The notes: generated by a model from the letters alone, not told the origin. A DNA stretch of 64,000 bases from Nitrosopumilus sp. (GCA_965205215.1 OZ242041.1:1152001-1216000); one strand, 5' to 3'. Shown: positions 10,783 to 24,018, counted from the first letter of the stretch. A program made the numbers and translations.

Positions 10783-12324
10783 ATGGCTAGGCCAAACTGG
10801 AAGAACAGAACACTGTTGCATGGAGATAACCTAGAGTTTCTCAGGTCAATGAACAGCGAATCCGTGAACCTGATAGCAACTGACCCCCCCTTCAACAAGG
10901 GGCGCGATTTTCATGCGACACCCGACTCCATGGCCAATGGAGCATCGTTCCAAGACAGGTGGTCGTGGGACGTGGATGTCCACGAGTCATGGGTCGACAA
11001 GCTGCAGGACGACTTTCCAAAGGTCATGAACGTCATAAACGGAAGCCGCGAATCATACGGGGACGACATGGGTGCGTTCCTGTGCTTCATGGGGGTGCGC
11101 ATCATAGAGATGCACCGCATACTCAGGGAGACCGGGAGTATGTATCTCCACTGCGATCCAACGGCAAGCCACTATCTCAAGGAACTGATGGATTCCATAT
11201 TCGGTAGAGATAACTTCCGGAACGAGATCGTTTGGAAGCGCTCAATGGGGCCCAAAGGCAGTAACCACATGCCTAAGAAATTTGGAGCCATGCATGATGT
11301 CATCTTGTTCTATTGCAAAGATTACAGTGCGTGGGAATTTACAAATCCTTGGAAACCGTTATTGCAAGAAGAGATTGAATCAAAATTCCCGAATGTGGAC
11401 GAGATGGGCAGGCGTTGGAAAGATGATTCGGCCCATATTTGGGGCATACCATTTGATGCAAAACGTCCTAATTTATGCTACGAATGGAGAGGTTTTACGA
11501 ATCCTGACAATAAATGCTGGCGATTCATGAAAAGCCGTCTTGAGGAAGAATATCAAAAAGGCAATTTTGTAATCATAATGAAAAACGGCAAAAGAAAACT
11601 TCAGAGACGTATGTATGCCGATACGTATCGAGGTGAACGAATGGATGATTTTTGGGATGACATTCTAATCCCGTTAGGAAGGGAAAAAGTCGGTTACCCC
11701 ACCCAGAAGCCCCTCGCCCTCTACGAGCGGATCATTGGAACAAGCTCAAGCGAGGGGGACATCGTGCTCGATCCGTTCTGCGGCTGCGCCACCACGTGCG
11801 TGGCCGCCGAAAAACTGGACAGGCAGTGGGTCGGCATCGACATCTGGGACAAGGCGCACAAGGTGGTCATAGACCGGCTCCGAACGGAGGGATTCCTTGC
11901 GGGGCCGAAAGAACTGAGGCGGCAGGACCTGCTGATAACGAGAGGTGAAATCACGTATACTAAGAAACCACTCAAACGTACAGACGGGGGTTCAGAGGCA
12001 GTGCCGTTCTTAGAAACCAAGATGAAACAGTATGATGATCGTGAACGTGATCCACACAGTAATCAGAAGAAAAAATGCATATTGTTAGAACAGAACGGTT
12101 CATGTTGCCAGGGGTGCGGCATCGAACTACATGAAAGGTATCTTGAGCTGGATCACAAAGAGCCTAGGTCTGCAGGCGGTTCAAACCTACTTAGAAACAG
12201 GATTCTACTATGCGGCCCATGCAACAAACTAAAGAGAGACCTGCACACGATAGTGTGGCTTAGAAAAGAGAACAAGAAGCTAGGCTATATGATGAACGAG
12301 AAGGCACTAGTATCATTGAAGTAG
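10783..12324 (+). CDS. N6A/N4C DNA methyltransferase (beta-class motif order) fused to a C-terminal HNH endonuclease
   Basis: HGDNL, TDPPF, GSMYLHCD, FRNEIVW, YPTQKP, LDPFCGCATT; then CQGC..ELDHKEPRSAGGSN..NRILLCGPCNKLK. Confidence 0.9.
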   Translation: MARPNWKNRTLLHGDNLEFLRSMNSESVNLIATDPPFNKGRDFHATPDSMANGASFQDRWSWDVDVHESWVDKLQDDFPKVMNVINGSRESYGDDMGAFLCFMGVRIIEMHRILRETGSMYLHCDPTASHYLKELMDSIFGRDNFRNEIVWKRSMGPKGSNHMPKKFGAMHDVILFYCKDYSAWEFTNPWKPLLQEEIESKFPNVDEMGRRWKDDSAHIWGIPFDAKRPNLCYEWRGFTNPDNKCWRFMKSRLEEEYQKGNFVIIMKNGKRKLQRRMYADTYRGERMDDFWDDILIPLGREKVGYPTQKPLALYERIIGTSSSEGDIVLDPFCGCATTCVAAEKLDRQWVGIDIWDKAHKVVIDRLRTEGFLAGPKELRRQDLLITRGEITYTKKPLKRTDGGSEAVPFLETKMKQYDDRERDPHSNQKKKCILLEQNGSCCQGCGIELHERYLELDHKEPRSAGGSNLLRNRILLCGPCNKLKRDLHTIVWLRKENKKLGYMMNEKALVSLK

Positions 12325-12595
12325 GGAATAGATGTGCCAAGTACGCTTGAAGATGAAGGTATTCAAACCGGCGGTATCTGGCCCATATCTTGGTCGGCAT
12401 CGTTGGCGGCATTATCGTGTTCTTTGCACTGCGGGGGGACGCGCCGCACACGTCCAAGTACCATCTCACTGCTTGTCGGCATTATCTCATAGGTCATACA
12501 CGCGCCGACTCTTCATGCAATAGATCCCTGTCGTAATTGGCCTCCTGGACTGCCATGATTTCAAAGTTATAAGACCCCGCGTGCGGATCAACGCC

Positions 12596-13714
12596 ATGAG
12601 AAACATAATGATCATGACGGCCGCCATTGCAGTGGCGGCGGTGGCTCTGTTGGCTGCGGGGACGGCACAGGCGCAGGCGCCACCGAGTATCCTGAGCATA
12701 ACATACATTGAGATGGGCGGGTCCGGAGACGCGACACTGATTCAGGCACCAGACGGCTCAAACATACTAGTGGACGCAGGCGACAGGTTCAAGTCAAGAT
12801 ATCAGGAGGTCAAAAGCGTCTTGGAGCAGAACAACGTGGACGTAATCGATCTGGCAATAGCCACGCATGGGGATGCAGACCACGTGGGTGGATTTAACCA
12901 CCTGCTGGAAGACCGCGATTACACGGTAAACGAGATATGGTTTATGGATACGGAAAAGACGACGGCCACGGTAGGGAAGTTTCTAACACTATCGGCAGGC
13001 ATAAGAACCCACGTAAGCGCAGGGCAGACAGAGAGCTTTGACGGCATGACAATCGAGGTTCTCAGTCCACCAACGCAAGGCATAGGAGGTGATGAGAACG
13101 CAAACTCAATTGTGTCGCTGCTGGAGTATGGGGATCTGGAGTTTCTGTTCACAGGAGATGCCACGGAAGCCACAGAATCATGGCTTGTCAACAACGTTCC
13201 AAGCGACAAGCTGGACATAGACATCATGAACGCGCCGCACCACGGCTCAATCAAGACATCCAACACGCAGGCGTTCATTACGGCTACGTCACCGGAACTG
13301 GTAATATTCTCTGCAGACGAAGACAATCGATACGGCCATCCGCACCAAGAAACCCTGGACAGGTATGCGTCAAACGACGTAGTTCAATTACAAACAGGGC
13401 GCGACGGGCACGTCAACATACGGACAGACGGCACAAAATGCTCAATACTGTTTACAGACGGTACGGAGATTGCATGTTTTGAGGGCGTGCCAAGACTGTC
13501 AGATGTGACACCAAACTCGGGCAATCGGGATTCGCCGCAACAGCCGCCCGGGAATGCGGAACCGCAGGAGACGGGCGCTATGGAACGCGACATTCCCGAC
13601 TGGGTACGACAGACCGCCGAATGGTGGGTTCAGGGACTGATACCTGATGAGGTGTACATTCAGTCCCTCGAGTATCTGATCAAAGTAGGAATAATCAACG
13701 TTGGTACATCGTGA
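12596..13714 (+). CDS. Secreted ComEC/Rec2-like metallo-beta-lactamase-fold hydrolase with thaumarchaeal C-terminal domain
   Basis: Signal peptide; LVDAG, THGDADHVGG, LFTGD, PHHGS, YGHPH; IPDWVRQTAEWWVQGLIPDEVYIQSLEYLIKVGII tail. Confidence 0.85.
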   Translation: MRNIMIMTAAIAVAAVALLAAGTAQAQAPPSILSITYIEMGGSGDATLIQAPDGSNILVDAGDRFKSRYQEVKSVLEQNNVDVIDLAIATHGDADHVGGFNHLLEDRDYTVNEIWFMDTEKTTATVGKFLTLSAGIRTHVSAGQTESFDGMTIEVLSPPTQGIGGDENANSIVSLLEYGDLEFLFTGDATEATESWLVNNVPSDKLDIDIMNAPHHGSIKTSNTQAFITATSPELVIFSADEDNRYGHPHQETLDRYASNDVVQLQTGRDGHVNIRTDGTKCSILFTDGTEIACFEGVPRLSDVTPNSGNRDSPQQPPGNAEPQETGAMERDIPDWVRQTAEWWVQGLIPDEVYIQSLEYLIKVGIINVGTS

Positions 13715-14080
13715 TCGTGTGGACTAATTTACGTCTGAAATCTGTACTGACAGGTGGGCATGAATCTTCCGTGGGTCTGAGCGCATGTTCGTGATCCGCC
13801 AGACGCGCCCGGTGCATTGCGGGGCGGGTGTTTGGCGCCTGCCGTGAAATGATGGCTGGGGGTGTTCCTAGCGATCGCATGCTGTCCACAAGCGACGTTA
13901 TCCCATCTCTCCTATCCTCCCCCTCCAGAAATCATACGCCGCTGCCCCTAATCTGAACGCCTGTGGTGTGGGGGGGGGGGAGTGTAAATAGGTGACAAGA
14001 GCAGAGTGAGCGAGGGAAAGAACCGTATGCGATAGAGTGTGACTGGTGGCGCCCATTTTCGTCTGCAAGCGCGCCGTCGG

Positions 14081-15079
14081 CTACCTCAGGAGCGACATCC
14101 CGAGGTATGCGACGTATCCCGCGACCAGACATATGCCGACTGACCTGTTGATTATGTTTGTCTTTATCGCGACCAAAAGCGACGCCCCGAATGCCAGCAT
14201 TATGCCGTAATCCAGATAGACGTCCTGCGATATCGAGACGCCCCCGAGGACTGCCCCGACCCCCATTATCATGAGCACGTTGTAGATGTTGCTCCCGATT
14301 ATGTTGCCCACGCCTATGTCGTGACGGCCCCTCCGGATCGCCATTATGGACGTGATCAGCTCGGGCAGCGAGGTGCCTATTGCCACCACAGTCAGGCCTA
14401 TGACCTTTTGCGAGAGCCCGAACGCCTCTGCCAGTATGACCGCGTGGTCGACTGTCAGGATTGCCCCCACGTACAAGAGCGCGATTCCTGCGCCCAGCAT
14501 GCCGACATTTTTTGCATAGAACCTGCCTCCTGACTGCCGCAGGACTGACTCTGACGCGGCGTTGCCATTGCCATCGGTGCCGGACTCCGCGGCCGCCGTC
14601 CCGCCTGCCGCGCCCCGCGCCCTCTGCCCCGAGATCATCCTCACGGTGCGAAACGTGACTATGCCAAGGCCGCCAAGCAGGGCCAGTCCGTCATACGTGG
14701 ATATGCTGCCGTCCATTGACAGCGCGACTAGCAGCGCCGACACGGCAATCATGATCGGTATCTCCCTGCGCAGGACGCTTCTCCCTATCGCAAGGGGCAA
14801 GAGTATGGCCGACGCCCCGATTACCATCCCGATGTTGGCGATGTTGCTTCCCACGACGTTTCCAAGTATTATGGCGCTGTGCTGTCCCGCGGCAGCTATG
14901 CTGGCTGCCAGCTCGGGCGTGGACGTGCCGTAAGCGACTACGGTCATGCCGATTACAAAGCTGCTTATGCGAAGGCGCCTGGCAATGTTCTCGCCTCCGC
15001 CTACCAGCCAGTTGCCGCCAAAACAGAGCAGGGCCAGCCCCGCCGCCACGAGAGCGGCGCTGGCCAAGACCTCTTCCAT
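14081..15079 (-). CDS. Ca2+/Na+ antiporter (YrbG/CaCA family)
   Basis: Duplicated GTS(T/L)PEL and GN(V/I)(V/I)GSNI alpha repeats. Confidence 0.92.
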   Translation of the reverse strand: MEEVLASAALVAAGLALLCFGGNWLVGGGENIARRLRISSFVIGMTVVAYGTSTPELAASIAAAGQHSAIILGNVVGSNIANIGMVIGASAILLPLAIGRSVLRREIPIMIAVSALLVALSMDGSISTYDGLALLGGLGIVTFRTVRMISGQRARGAAGGTAAAESGTDGNGNAASESVLRQSGGRFYAKNVGMLGAGIALLYVGAILTVDHAVILAEAFGLSQKVIGLTVVAIGTSLPELITSIMAIRRGRHDIGVGNIIGSNIYNVLMIMGVGAVLGGVSISQDVYLDYGIMLAFGASLLVAIKTNIINRSVGICLVAGYVAYLGMSLLR

Positions 15080-15388
15080 GCCTGTAGGGCACGAGTGCTA
15101 TGTTTAAAGGAGATGATCATAGGACATGGCGGCAGCAGCGGCAGCCGGCGCTGGCGCCCAAACGCGCGCCGCAAGCGCGGCCCGATGGCGCGGGCCTGCC
15201 CCGAATGTGACTCCCCCGCGCCCTTTCCCTCAGACGCGACTGCCAAAGGTAATTAACACGCATGACGCGGCGCGTTGCTGTGGATGCATGTGAAACAATT
15301 TATCAGGCGCGGCTCGCGCACGGAGTCATGACTCGGCACGCGGCGGCATGCGGGCGCTTGCAGCGCGCCAAGTGGGGGCCGATGTGAA

Positions 15389-16447
15389 ACGGCCACCACG
15401 TACAAGTCGGCCGGGGTCGACATTGCGTCGATCAAGAAGAGCCAGAACCGAATAGGCCGCATAATAGCCGACACGCACCGGGCGCAGGATGCGGTCCGGG
15501 TGGAGCACGGGTTCGGGCACTATGCCGGGATCGTCAGGATCGGCGGCGGGGGCGCGCGCATAGCGACCCATACGGACGGAGTCGGAACAAAGGTGATGGT
15601 CGCAAACGCGCTGAGGAGGTACGACACGGTCGGGATAGACTGCGTGGCCATGAACGTCAACGACGTGATATGCACGGGCGCCATTCCGATATCTTTTGTA
15701 AACTATATCGCGGCGAACCGGAACGACGAGTCCAAGTTCGCCGAGATTGCCCGGGGGCTTGCCAGGGGGGCAAGAAGGGGGACCGTGCCCATAGTCGGCG
15801 GCGAGACTGCGGTGATGCCGGGGCTGTTTGGGGGCGGCGGCAGCGGCAGAAAATTCGAGTTCGACCTTGCCGGCACGGTGGTCGGGCTCCTGCCCCAGTC
15901 AAAGAGGGACACTGCGGGGATCCTTGGCGGCCGCATCGCCAGGGGCGACGTCATAATTGGCGCCCACAGCACGGGGCTGCACTCAAACGGGTATACGCTT
16001 GCAAGAAAGGCGCTCGGCGACACGTCCCTCCGCTCAAAGCTGTATCGGGGAGGGCCCACCGTAGGAGATGCACTGCTGGAGCCTACTGAGATCTACGTCA
16101 AGCCCGTGCTGGACCTGATACGGGACGCCAAGATCGAGATACACGGCCTTGCCCACATCACGGGGGGCTCCTTTACCAAGCTGACTAGGCTCAAGCGCAT
16201 AGGGTTTGAGATCGACGATCTGCCCCCCATGCCGAGGATAATGCAGCTTGTGATGGAGCGCGGCCGCATATCCGTGAGCGAGATGTACCGCACCTTTAAC
16301 ATGGGCGTGGGGTTCTGCGTGGTGGCCCCGGAGGACTCGGCCCCTGCCATCACAAGGGCGTTTTCAAGATACCGCATACGCTCAAGGCGCATAGGCCGCG
16401 TTACGGCAAACGCCGGAGTCACGGTCGGGTCTACACGCATCGCGTGA
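15389..16447 (+). CDS. purM: Phosphoribosylaminoimidazole (AIR) synthetase; start codon unresolved
   Basis: TYKSAGVD at 15398, TDGVGTK, GIDCVAMNVND, GGETA, GLHSNG, HITGG, MYRTFNMGVG; first canonical in-frame start is GTG 15500. Confidence 0.9.
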   Translation, partial: TATTYKSAGVDIASIKKSQNRIGRIIADTHRAQDAVRVEHGFGHYAGIVRIGGGGARIATHTDGVGTKVMVANALRRYDTVGIDCVAMNVNDVICTGAIPISFVNYIAANRNDESKFAEIARGLARGARRGTVPIVGGETAVMPGLFGGGGSGRKFEFDLAGTVVGLLPQSKRDTAGILGGRIARGDVIIGAHSTGLHSNGYTLARKALGDTSLRSKLYRGGPTVGDALLEPTEIYVKPVLDLIRDAKIEIHGLAHITGGSFTKLTRLKRIGFEIDDLPPMPRIMQLVMERGRISVSEMYRTFNMGVGFCVVAPEDSAPAITRAFSRYRIRSRRIGRVTANAGVTVGSTRIA

Positions 16448-16699
16448 CATCGGCCTGGCCGGACGCATTGGGCTGATTCGACGGCGCGGCGCTGCCTGCA
16501 TATGTGGACGCTCGGACGCGTACGGTGGAGCCGTTCGTGCCTGCAGGGGCGCCCGCAGGTACCGGTGCGTCTGGGTGGAGAGCTGCCGGCGCCATGCGGT
16601 GACAACTGCCGGCGCCACGCGGAATACGGGTCTGCGCGCGTGCTCCGGGGCGGCGGGACGGCGTGGCCGTATATATTGCACGCTGGGTACGCGATCTGC

Positions 16700-17977
16700 A
16701 TGGCAGCCGAGGCGGGCTTTATCGAGATTATCATTGCAGTGGGGATCCTGCTGTTTGCCGCAAAGCTGATGGCGGAGCTGTTCCTGCGTCTAAAGCTGCC
16801 GATCGTACTGGGCGAGCTTCTCGCTGGCATGATCGTGGGGCCCTTTGCGCTCGGCTCGTTTCTCATCATAGACGGCTCGAAACTGCTGGAGATAGGGCCC
16901 GAGCTGAAGCTGCTCGGCGAGATTGGCGCAATCGTGATACTGTTCATGGCGGGCCTAGAGATGACGCCGCGGGAGTTTCTGCGCGGCGGCAAGGCATCCT
17001 TTACGGTCGGGACGCTCGGCGTAGTCGTCCCGTTCTTTGCGGGGCTGATGGTCTTCCAGTGGTTCGGGTTCGACGCGCTCCAGTCCATGATGATCGCGAC
17101 CGCGCTGACCGCGACGAGCATAGCGATATCCGTCCAGGTGCTCAACGAGCTTGGCAAGATAAAGTCGCCGGAGGCGCGGCTGATAATAGGGGCCGCAATC
17201 GTGGACGACATACTTGCAATCGCGGTGCTCTCGGTGGTGACGTCGATTGCAGGCAGCGCAGACGGGCTTGAGAGCCTCGACGTTACGGAGGTGACGATAA
17301 CCATACTGCAGGTGCTCGGGTTCTTCGCGGCCATGCTGATAACCTCGGTGGTCATAATGCCCCGCCTGATGTCCACCCGGTTCTGGAAGGCCGAGGGCAG
17401 CGTGGAGGGCATAGCCACGGCGTCGTTCTTCGGGGCCGCCGCGTTTGCCGGCTCCATAGGGCTGTCTCCCATAGTGGGGGCCTTTGCAGTCGGCATGGCG
17501 CTGTCCACCACGAAGATCTTCAAGGTGGTCGGGCTGTACACGCAGAAGATTGCGCTGATATTTGCGCCGCTGTTCTTTGCCATAATAGGGGCCCAGGTGG
17601 ACTTTAGGTCGGTTGACGCGACCGTGCTGATGCTCAGCGGGGTCATAATGGTGATTGCAATCTCCACAAAGCTGTTCGGATGCGGCATTCCGGCGATGCT
17701 GTTCCTGAAGAGCCGGATGCGCGGGATGCGCGTCGGGGTCGGGATGGTCTCCAGGGGAGAGGTGGGGCTCATCGTGGCCGGCGTCGGCGTGGGCGCCGGG
17801 ATACTGACGTCGGAGGTGTACTCGACTGTCGTGATCATGGTCGCGCTCACCACCATAATCACGCCGATATGGCTCAAGATGCTGTACAAGAACGAACCCG
17901 CCTCGGAGCCCGGACAGGCGCCCGAGTCCGGGGAGGACGGGGAGGAAGGCCCCGGAGAGGAGAGGGTGGTGTTCTAG
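16700..17977 (+). CDS. Cation:proton antiporter (CPA2/Kef-type)
   Basis: LGELLAGMIVGP, ATSIAI, AAIVDDI, GMVSRGEV; many TM helices. Confidence 0.9.
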   Translation: MAAEAGFIEIIIAVGILLFAAKLMAELFLRLKLPIVLGELLAGMIVGPFALGSFLIIDGSKLLEIGPELKLLGEIGAIVILFMAGLEMTPREFLRGGKASFTVGTLGVVVPFFAGLMVFQWFGFDALQSMMIATALTATSIAISVQVLNELGKIKSPEARLIIGAAIVDDILAIAVLSVVTSIAGSADGLESLDVTEVTITILQVLGFFAAMLITSVVIMPRLMSTRFWKAEGSVEGIATASFFGAAAFAGSIGLSPIVGAFAVGMALSTTKIFKVVGLYTQKIALIFAPLFFAIIGAQVDFRSVDATVLMLSGVIMVIAISTKLFGCGIPAMLFLKSRMRGMRVGVGMVSRGEVGLIVAGVGVGAGILTSEVYSTVVIMVALTTIITPIWLKMLYKNEPASEPGQAPESGEDGEEGPGEERVVF

Positions 17978-18048
17978 ATGCGGGAACCGACTTCCGCCGG
18001 GGGGCCGCTGCATGTGACTTGCCGCCAAGCCTGGTGCGGTGCCGAGAC

Positions 18049-19902
<1,854 letters not shown>

Positions 19903-19975
19903 TGGTGGCGACGTTGGTGGTGACGGTGACTATGATGCTGGCAGTTGCGACGCCTGGTACGCGGGCGGTGCTGCC

Positions 19976-21676
19976 ATGACTGGCACGCGGGATGCCGCAA
20001 AGGCGACGGCGGAAGGCCCACGCGACGACGGCCGCGGCAGCGGCGGCAACAGCAGCAGCAGCCGCGACAGGAGCGGGGACGTCATCGGACACGGGACGTG
20101 GCTTGACAAGCTTGCATACGAGCTTGTGCGCCGCGAGGAGTCGCTTGGGCGCGACACCGGCATGATTGTAGTCGAGAGCGGGCTTGGCGCCTCTGGCATT
20201 CCCCACATAGGCAGCCTGGGTGACGCGGCCAGGGCCTACGGCGTCAAGCTGGCGCTGGGCAACCTCGGATACGACTCAAAGCTGATCGCCTACTCTGATG
20301 ACTTGGACGGGCTGCGGAAGGTGCCCGACGGACTGCCGGCCTCGCTTGAGGAGCACCTGGCAAAACCCGTCTCGCTCATTCCGGATCCGTTCTCGTGCCA
20401 CGACTCGTACGGCATGCACATGAGCAGCATACTGCTCGACGGGCTTGACAGGGTCGGCATCGAGTACGAGTTTAGGCGGGCATACGACACGTACAGGCAG
20501 GGGCTGCTCAGAGACCAGATTCACGCCATACTGTGCCGCAGCGCCGAGATCGGCGAGAAGATTGCCGAGATGGTAGGCCAGTCAAAGTACCAGATGTCGC
20601 TGCCGTACTTTCCGGTGTGCGAGTCGTGCAGCAGGCTCTACACGGCGCAGGCCGTATCATACGACGAGTCGGCGCGCGCGGTATACTACGAGTGCCGCGA
20701 CACCCAGATGGCCGGCCGCGCCATATCCGGATGCGGCCATTCGGGCTGCGCCAAGATCGACGGGGGCTCTCTTGGCAAGCTCGCCTGGAAGGTGGAGTTT
20801 GCCGCCCGGTGGGCCGCATTTGACGTCAGGTTCGAGGCATACGGCAAGGACATAATGGACTCTGTAAGGGTCAACGACTGGGTGGCCGAGCACGTGCTGG
20901 GGTACGCGCATCCACACCACACCAAATACGAGATGTTCCTTGACAAGGGCGGCAAGAAGATATCAAAGTCTGCAGGCAACGTACTGACGGCGCAAAGGTG
21001 GCTGGAGTTCGGCTCCCCGCAGTCCATACTGCTGCTGCTGTACAAGAGAATCGCAGGCGCGCGCGAGCTTGGCATACGCGAGGACGTGCCCTCCCTCATG
21101 GACGAGTTCAACGAACTCGAGGACGTCTACTTTGGGCGCGTCCGGAAGGAGCTGCGCGGAAACCCCGCCAAGCTTGCCAAGGCCAGGGGGCTGTACCTTT
21201 ATGCAAGCCTGCTCAGGCCGCCAGAGCGCCCCGGCGCGCACGTCGGGTACATGCTTGCCGCGAAGCTTGCAAGGGTGTACAGGACAGACCGGATCAGGCG
21301 CGTCGTGGAAAAACTGCTCGAGTACGGGACCATACCGGAACCCTCGCCGGAGGTGGAGGAACTCGTACGCCTTGCCGGCAACTACGCCGACGAGTTTGAC
21401 GAGGGGGGCGGATCCGCTGAGATTACGGTTGACGACAACATGCGCGCGGCGCTCGGAAGCATTGCGCGCATGCTAGACTCCGGGAGCGGGACCCCCGATG
21501 ACATCCAGACGGGCATATACGACGCGGCAAAGTCGTGCGGAGTCCAGCCAAAGGACGTATTTGCCGCCCTGTACCAGATAATACTGGGGAGCCGCCGCGG
21601 GCCGCGGCTGGGCCCGTTCATAGCCGACATCGGGGAGGCCCGGGTGTCAAAGATGATAACGGAGCGCGTGAGCTGA
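19976..21676 (+). CDS. lysS: Lysyl-tRNA synthetase class I
   Basis: SGIPHIG, DDLDGLRKVP, GKLAWKVEFAARW, KISKSAGN, GPRLG. Confidence 0.95.
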   Translation: MTGTRDAAKATAEGPRDDGRGSGGNSSSSRDRSGDVIGHGTWLDKLAYELVRREESLGRDTGMIVVESGLGASGIPHIGSLGDAARAYGVKLALGNLGYDSKLIAYSDDLDGLRKVPDGLPASLEEHLAKPVSLIPDPFSCHDSYGMHMSSILLDGLDRVGIEYEFRRAYDTYRQGLLRDQIHAILCRSAEIGEKIAEMVGQSKYQMSLPYFPVCESCSRLYTAQAVSYDESARAVYYECRDTQMAGRAISGCGHSGCAKIDGGSLGKLAWKVEFAARWAAFDVRFEAYGKDIMDSVRVNDWVAEHVLGYAHPHHTKYEMFLDKGGKKISKSAGNVLTAQRWLEFGSPQSILLLLYKRIAGARELGIREDVPSLMDEFNELEDVYFGRVRKELRGNPAKLAKARGLYLYASLLRPPERPGAHVGYMLAAKLARVYRTDRIRRVVEKLLEYGTIPEPSPEVEELVRLAGNYADEFDEGGGSAEITVDDNMRAALGSIARMLDSGSGTPDDIQTGIYDAAKSCGVQPKDVFAALYQIILGSRRGPRLGPFIADIGEARVSKMITERVS

Positions 21677-21677
21677 G

Positions 21678-21875
21678 ATGGTCCACTCCGAACACAACCG
21701 CTCAAGAAACGGCGGGTGGTTTGCGCTGATAATACTGGGGGCAGTCCTGCTCTTTCTGGCGCCTACAATACACCCCGAGGAGCCTGAGATGGGAGTGGCC
21801 GCGTTTGCGGCGGGGCTGGTGATAGGAGGCCTGGGGTTCTTCCTGCGCTTTGTGAGGGGCAGGAAGCGGGACTGA
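21678..21875 (+). CDS. Small two-TM membrane protein
   Basis: Starts 1 nt after lysS stop; two hydrophobic segments and a basic tail. Confidence 0.65.
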   Translation: MVHSEHNRSRNGGWFALIILGAVLLFLAPTIHPEEPEMGVAAFAAGLVIGGLGFFLRFVRGRKRD

Positions 21876-21931
21876 CTGGCCGGCCGGCGGTAAATGGCAA
21901 GATTCATTTTTCAGTGAGCAGGTGGCACGTC

Positions 21932-23224
<1,293 letters not shown>

Positions 23225-23249
23225 ACGGATCCAGCGACCGTCTCTGCTG

Positions 23250-23747
23250 CTATGACTCTGCAAGGCGCGCACCCCACTTCTTTCTCACCTCTTCCTCAGT
23301 CGCGCCCATGTCATACAGCGGGGACGTCACGCTGGATATTCTCGACACCTCTACGGCGATGACTGCGCGTATCTTGCTCCTGATTCCCATCCTCTCGTAC
23401 ATTCCACGGGCCCTTCTGAGCATGTCGGCGTCCCGTATGACTGAGGCCGTGCCCTCAAACAGGTACCCCTTGCGCAGGACGGGGTCGATCGAGCTGATCT
23501 CCACGCTGTCGTTCTCCTCTATGTTCCTGACCGTGTCCGGGGATCGGATGTCCGCGAAAATCAGCGTGCTCTCGTCCCATCTTGCTATGGTGCCTTTTGG
23601 CGAGACGTTGGGCTTGCAGCCGGGGCCGATCGTCGCGACGTATCCGAGCCTCTGCTTGTCAAGAAAGGCCGAGATCTCGTCTGTTATGATGCGTGCACCG
23701 GTGCGGCTTGCTGGGTCTGGCGGCATGTCCTGCTCCGATCCCATCAT
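23250..23747 (-). CDS. Pyridoxamine 5'-phosphate oxidase-like FMN/F420-binding protein
   Basis: LGYVAT..KPNVSPKG, FADIRSPDTVRNI, RKGYLFEG. Confidence 0.85.
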   Translation of the reverse strand: MMGSEQDMPPDPASRTGARIITDEISAFLDKQRLGYVATIGPGCKPNVSPKGTIARWDESTLIFADIRSPDTVRNIEENDSVEISSIDPVLRKGYLFEGTASVIRDADMLRRARGMYERMGIRSKIRAVIAVEVSRISSVTSPLYDMGATEEEVRKKWGARLAES

Positions 23748-23808
23748 TCGCGCAAAATCGTGACGGCATTCCTCGTAGCCAGTGCCGCCGCCCCTGCCGG
23801 TGCGCGCA

Positions 23809-23907
23809 TCAGCGCATGACCTCTGCCATATACTGGGAGAAGAAGAAGAATCCTATGCCGCCGCCTATTATTGCAACCCACGCGGCGATCTGCTTTGCCC
23901 TTGACAT
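23809..23907 (-). CDS. 32-aa single-TM microprotein (not in ORF track)
   Basis: Manual translation MSRAKQIAAWVAIIGGGIGFFFFSQYMAEVMR. Confidence 0.6.
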   Translation of the reverse strand: MSRAKQIAAWVAIIGGGIGFFFFSQYMAEVMR

Positions 23908-24018
23908 GGCAGACGTGCGGACTCGTCATTATTGAATCTAGAGACTGGCATGTGCGGCGCAGCGGGCCCCGCCTCACTACAGTCTAATTGGGCCTGCGAG
24001 GGTGCCAGTCTGTTGCCA

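Noticed and set aside
10204-13930. Island as an integrated provirus or plasmid
   Set aside because: No integrase, att repeats or structural genes seen; boundaries are only compositional
16093-17889. Long antisense or alternate-frame ORFs (e.g. 598 aa here, 17974-19524, 55859-57022)
   Set aside because: Shadows of well-supported genes caused by high GC; no recognisable motifs
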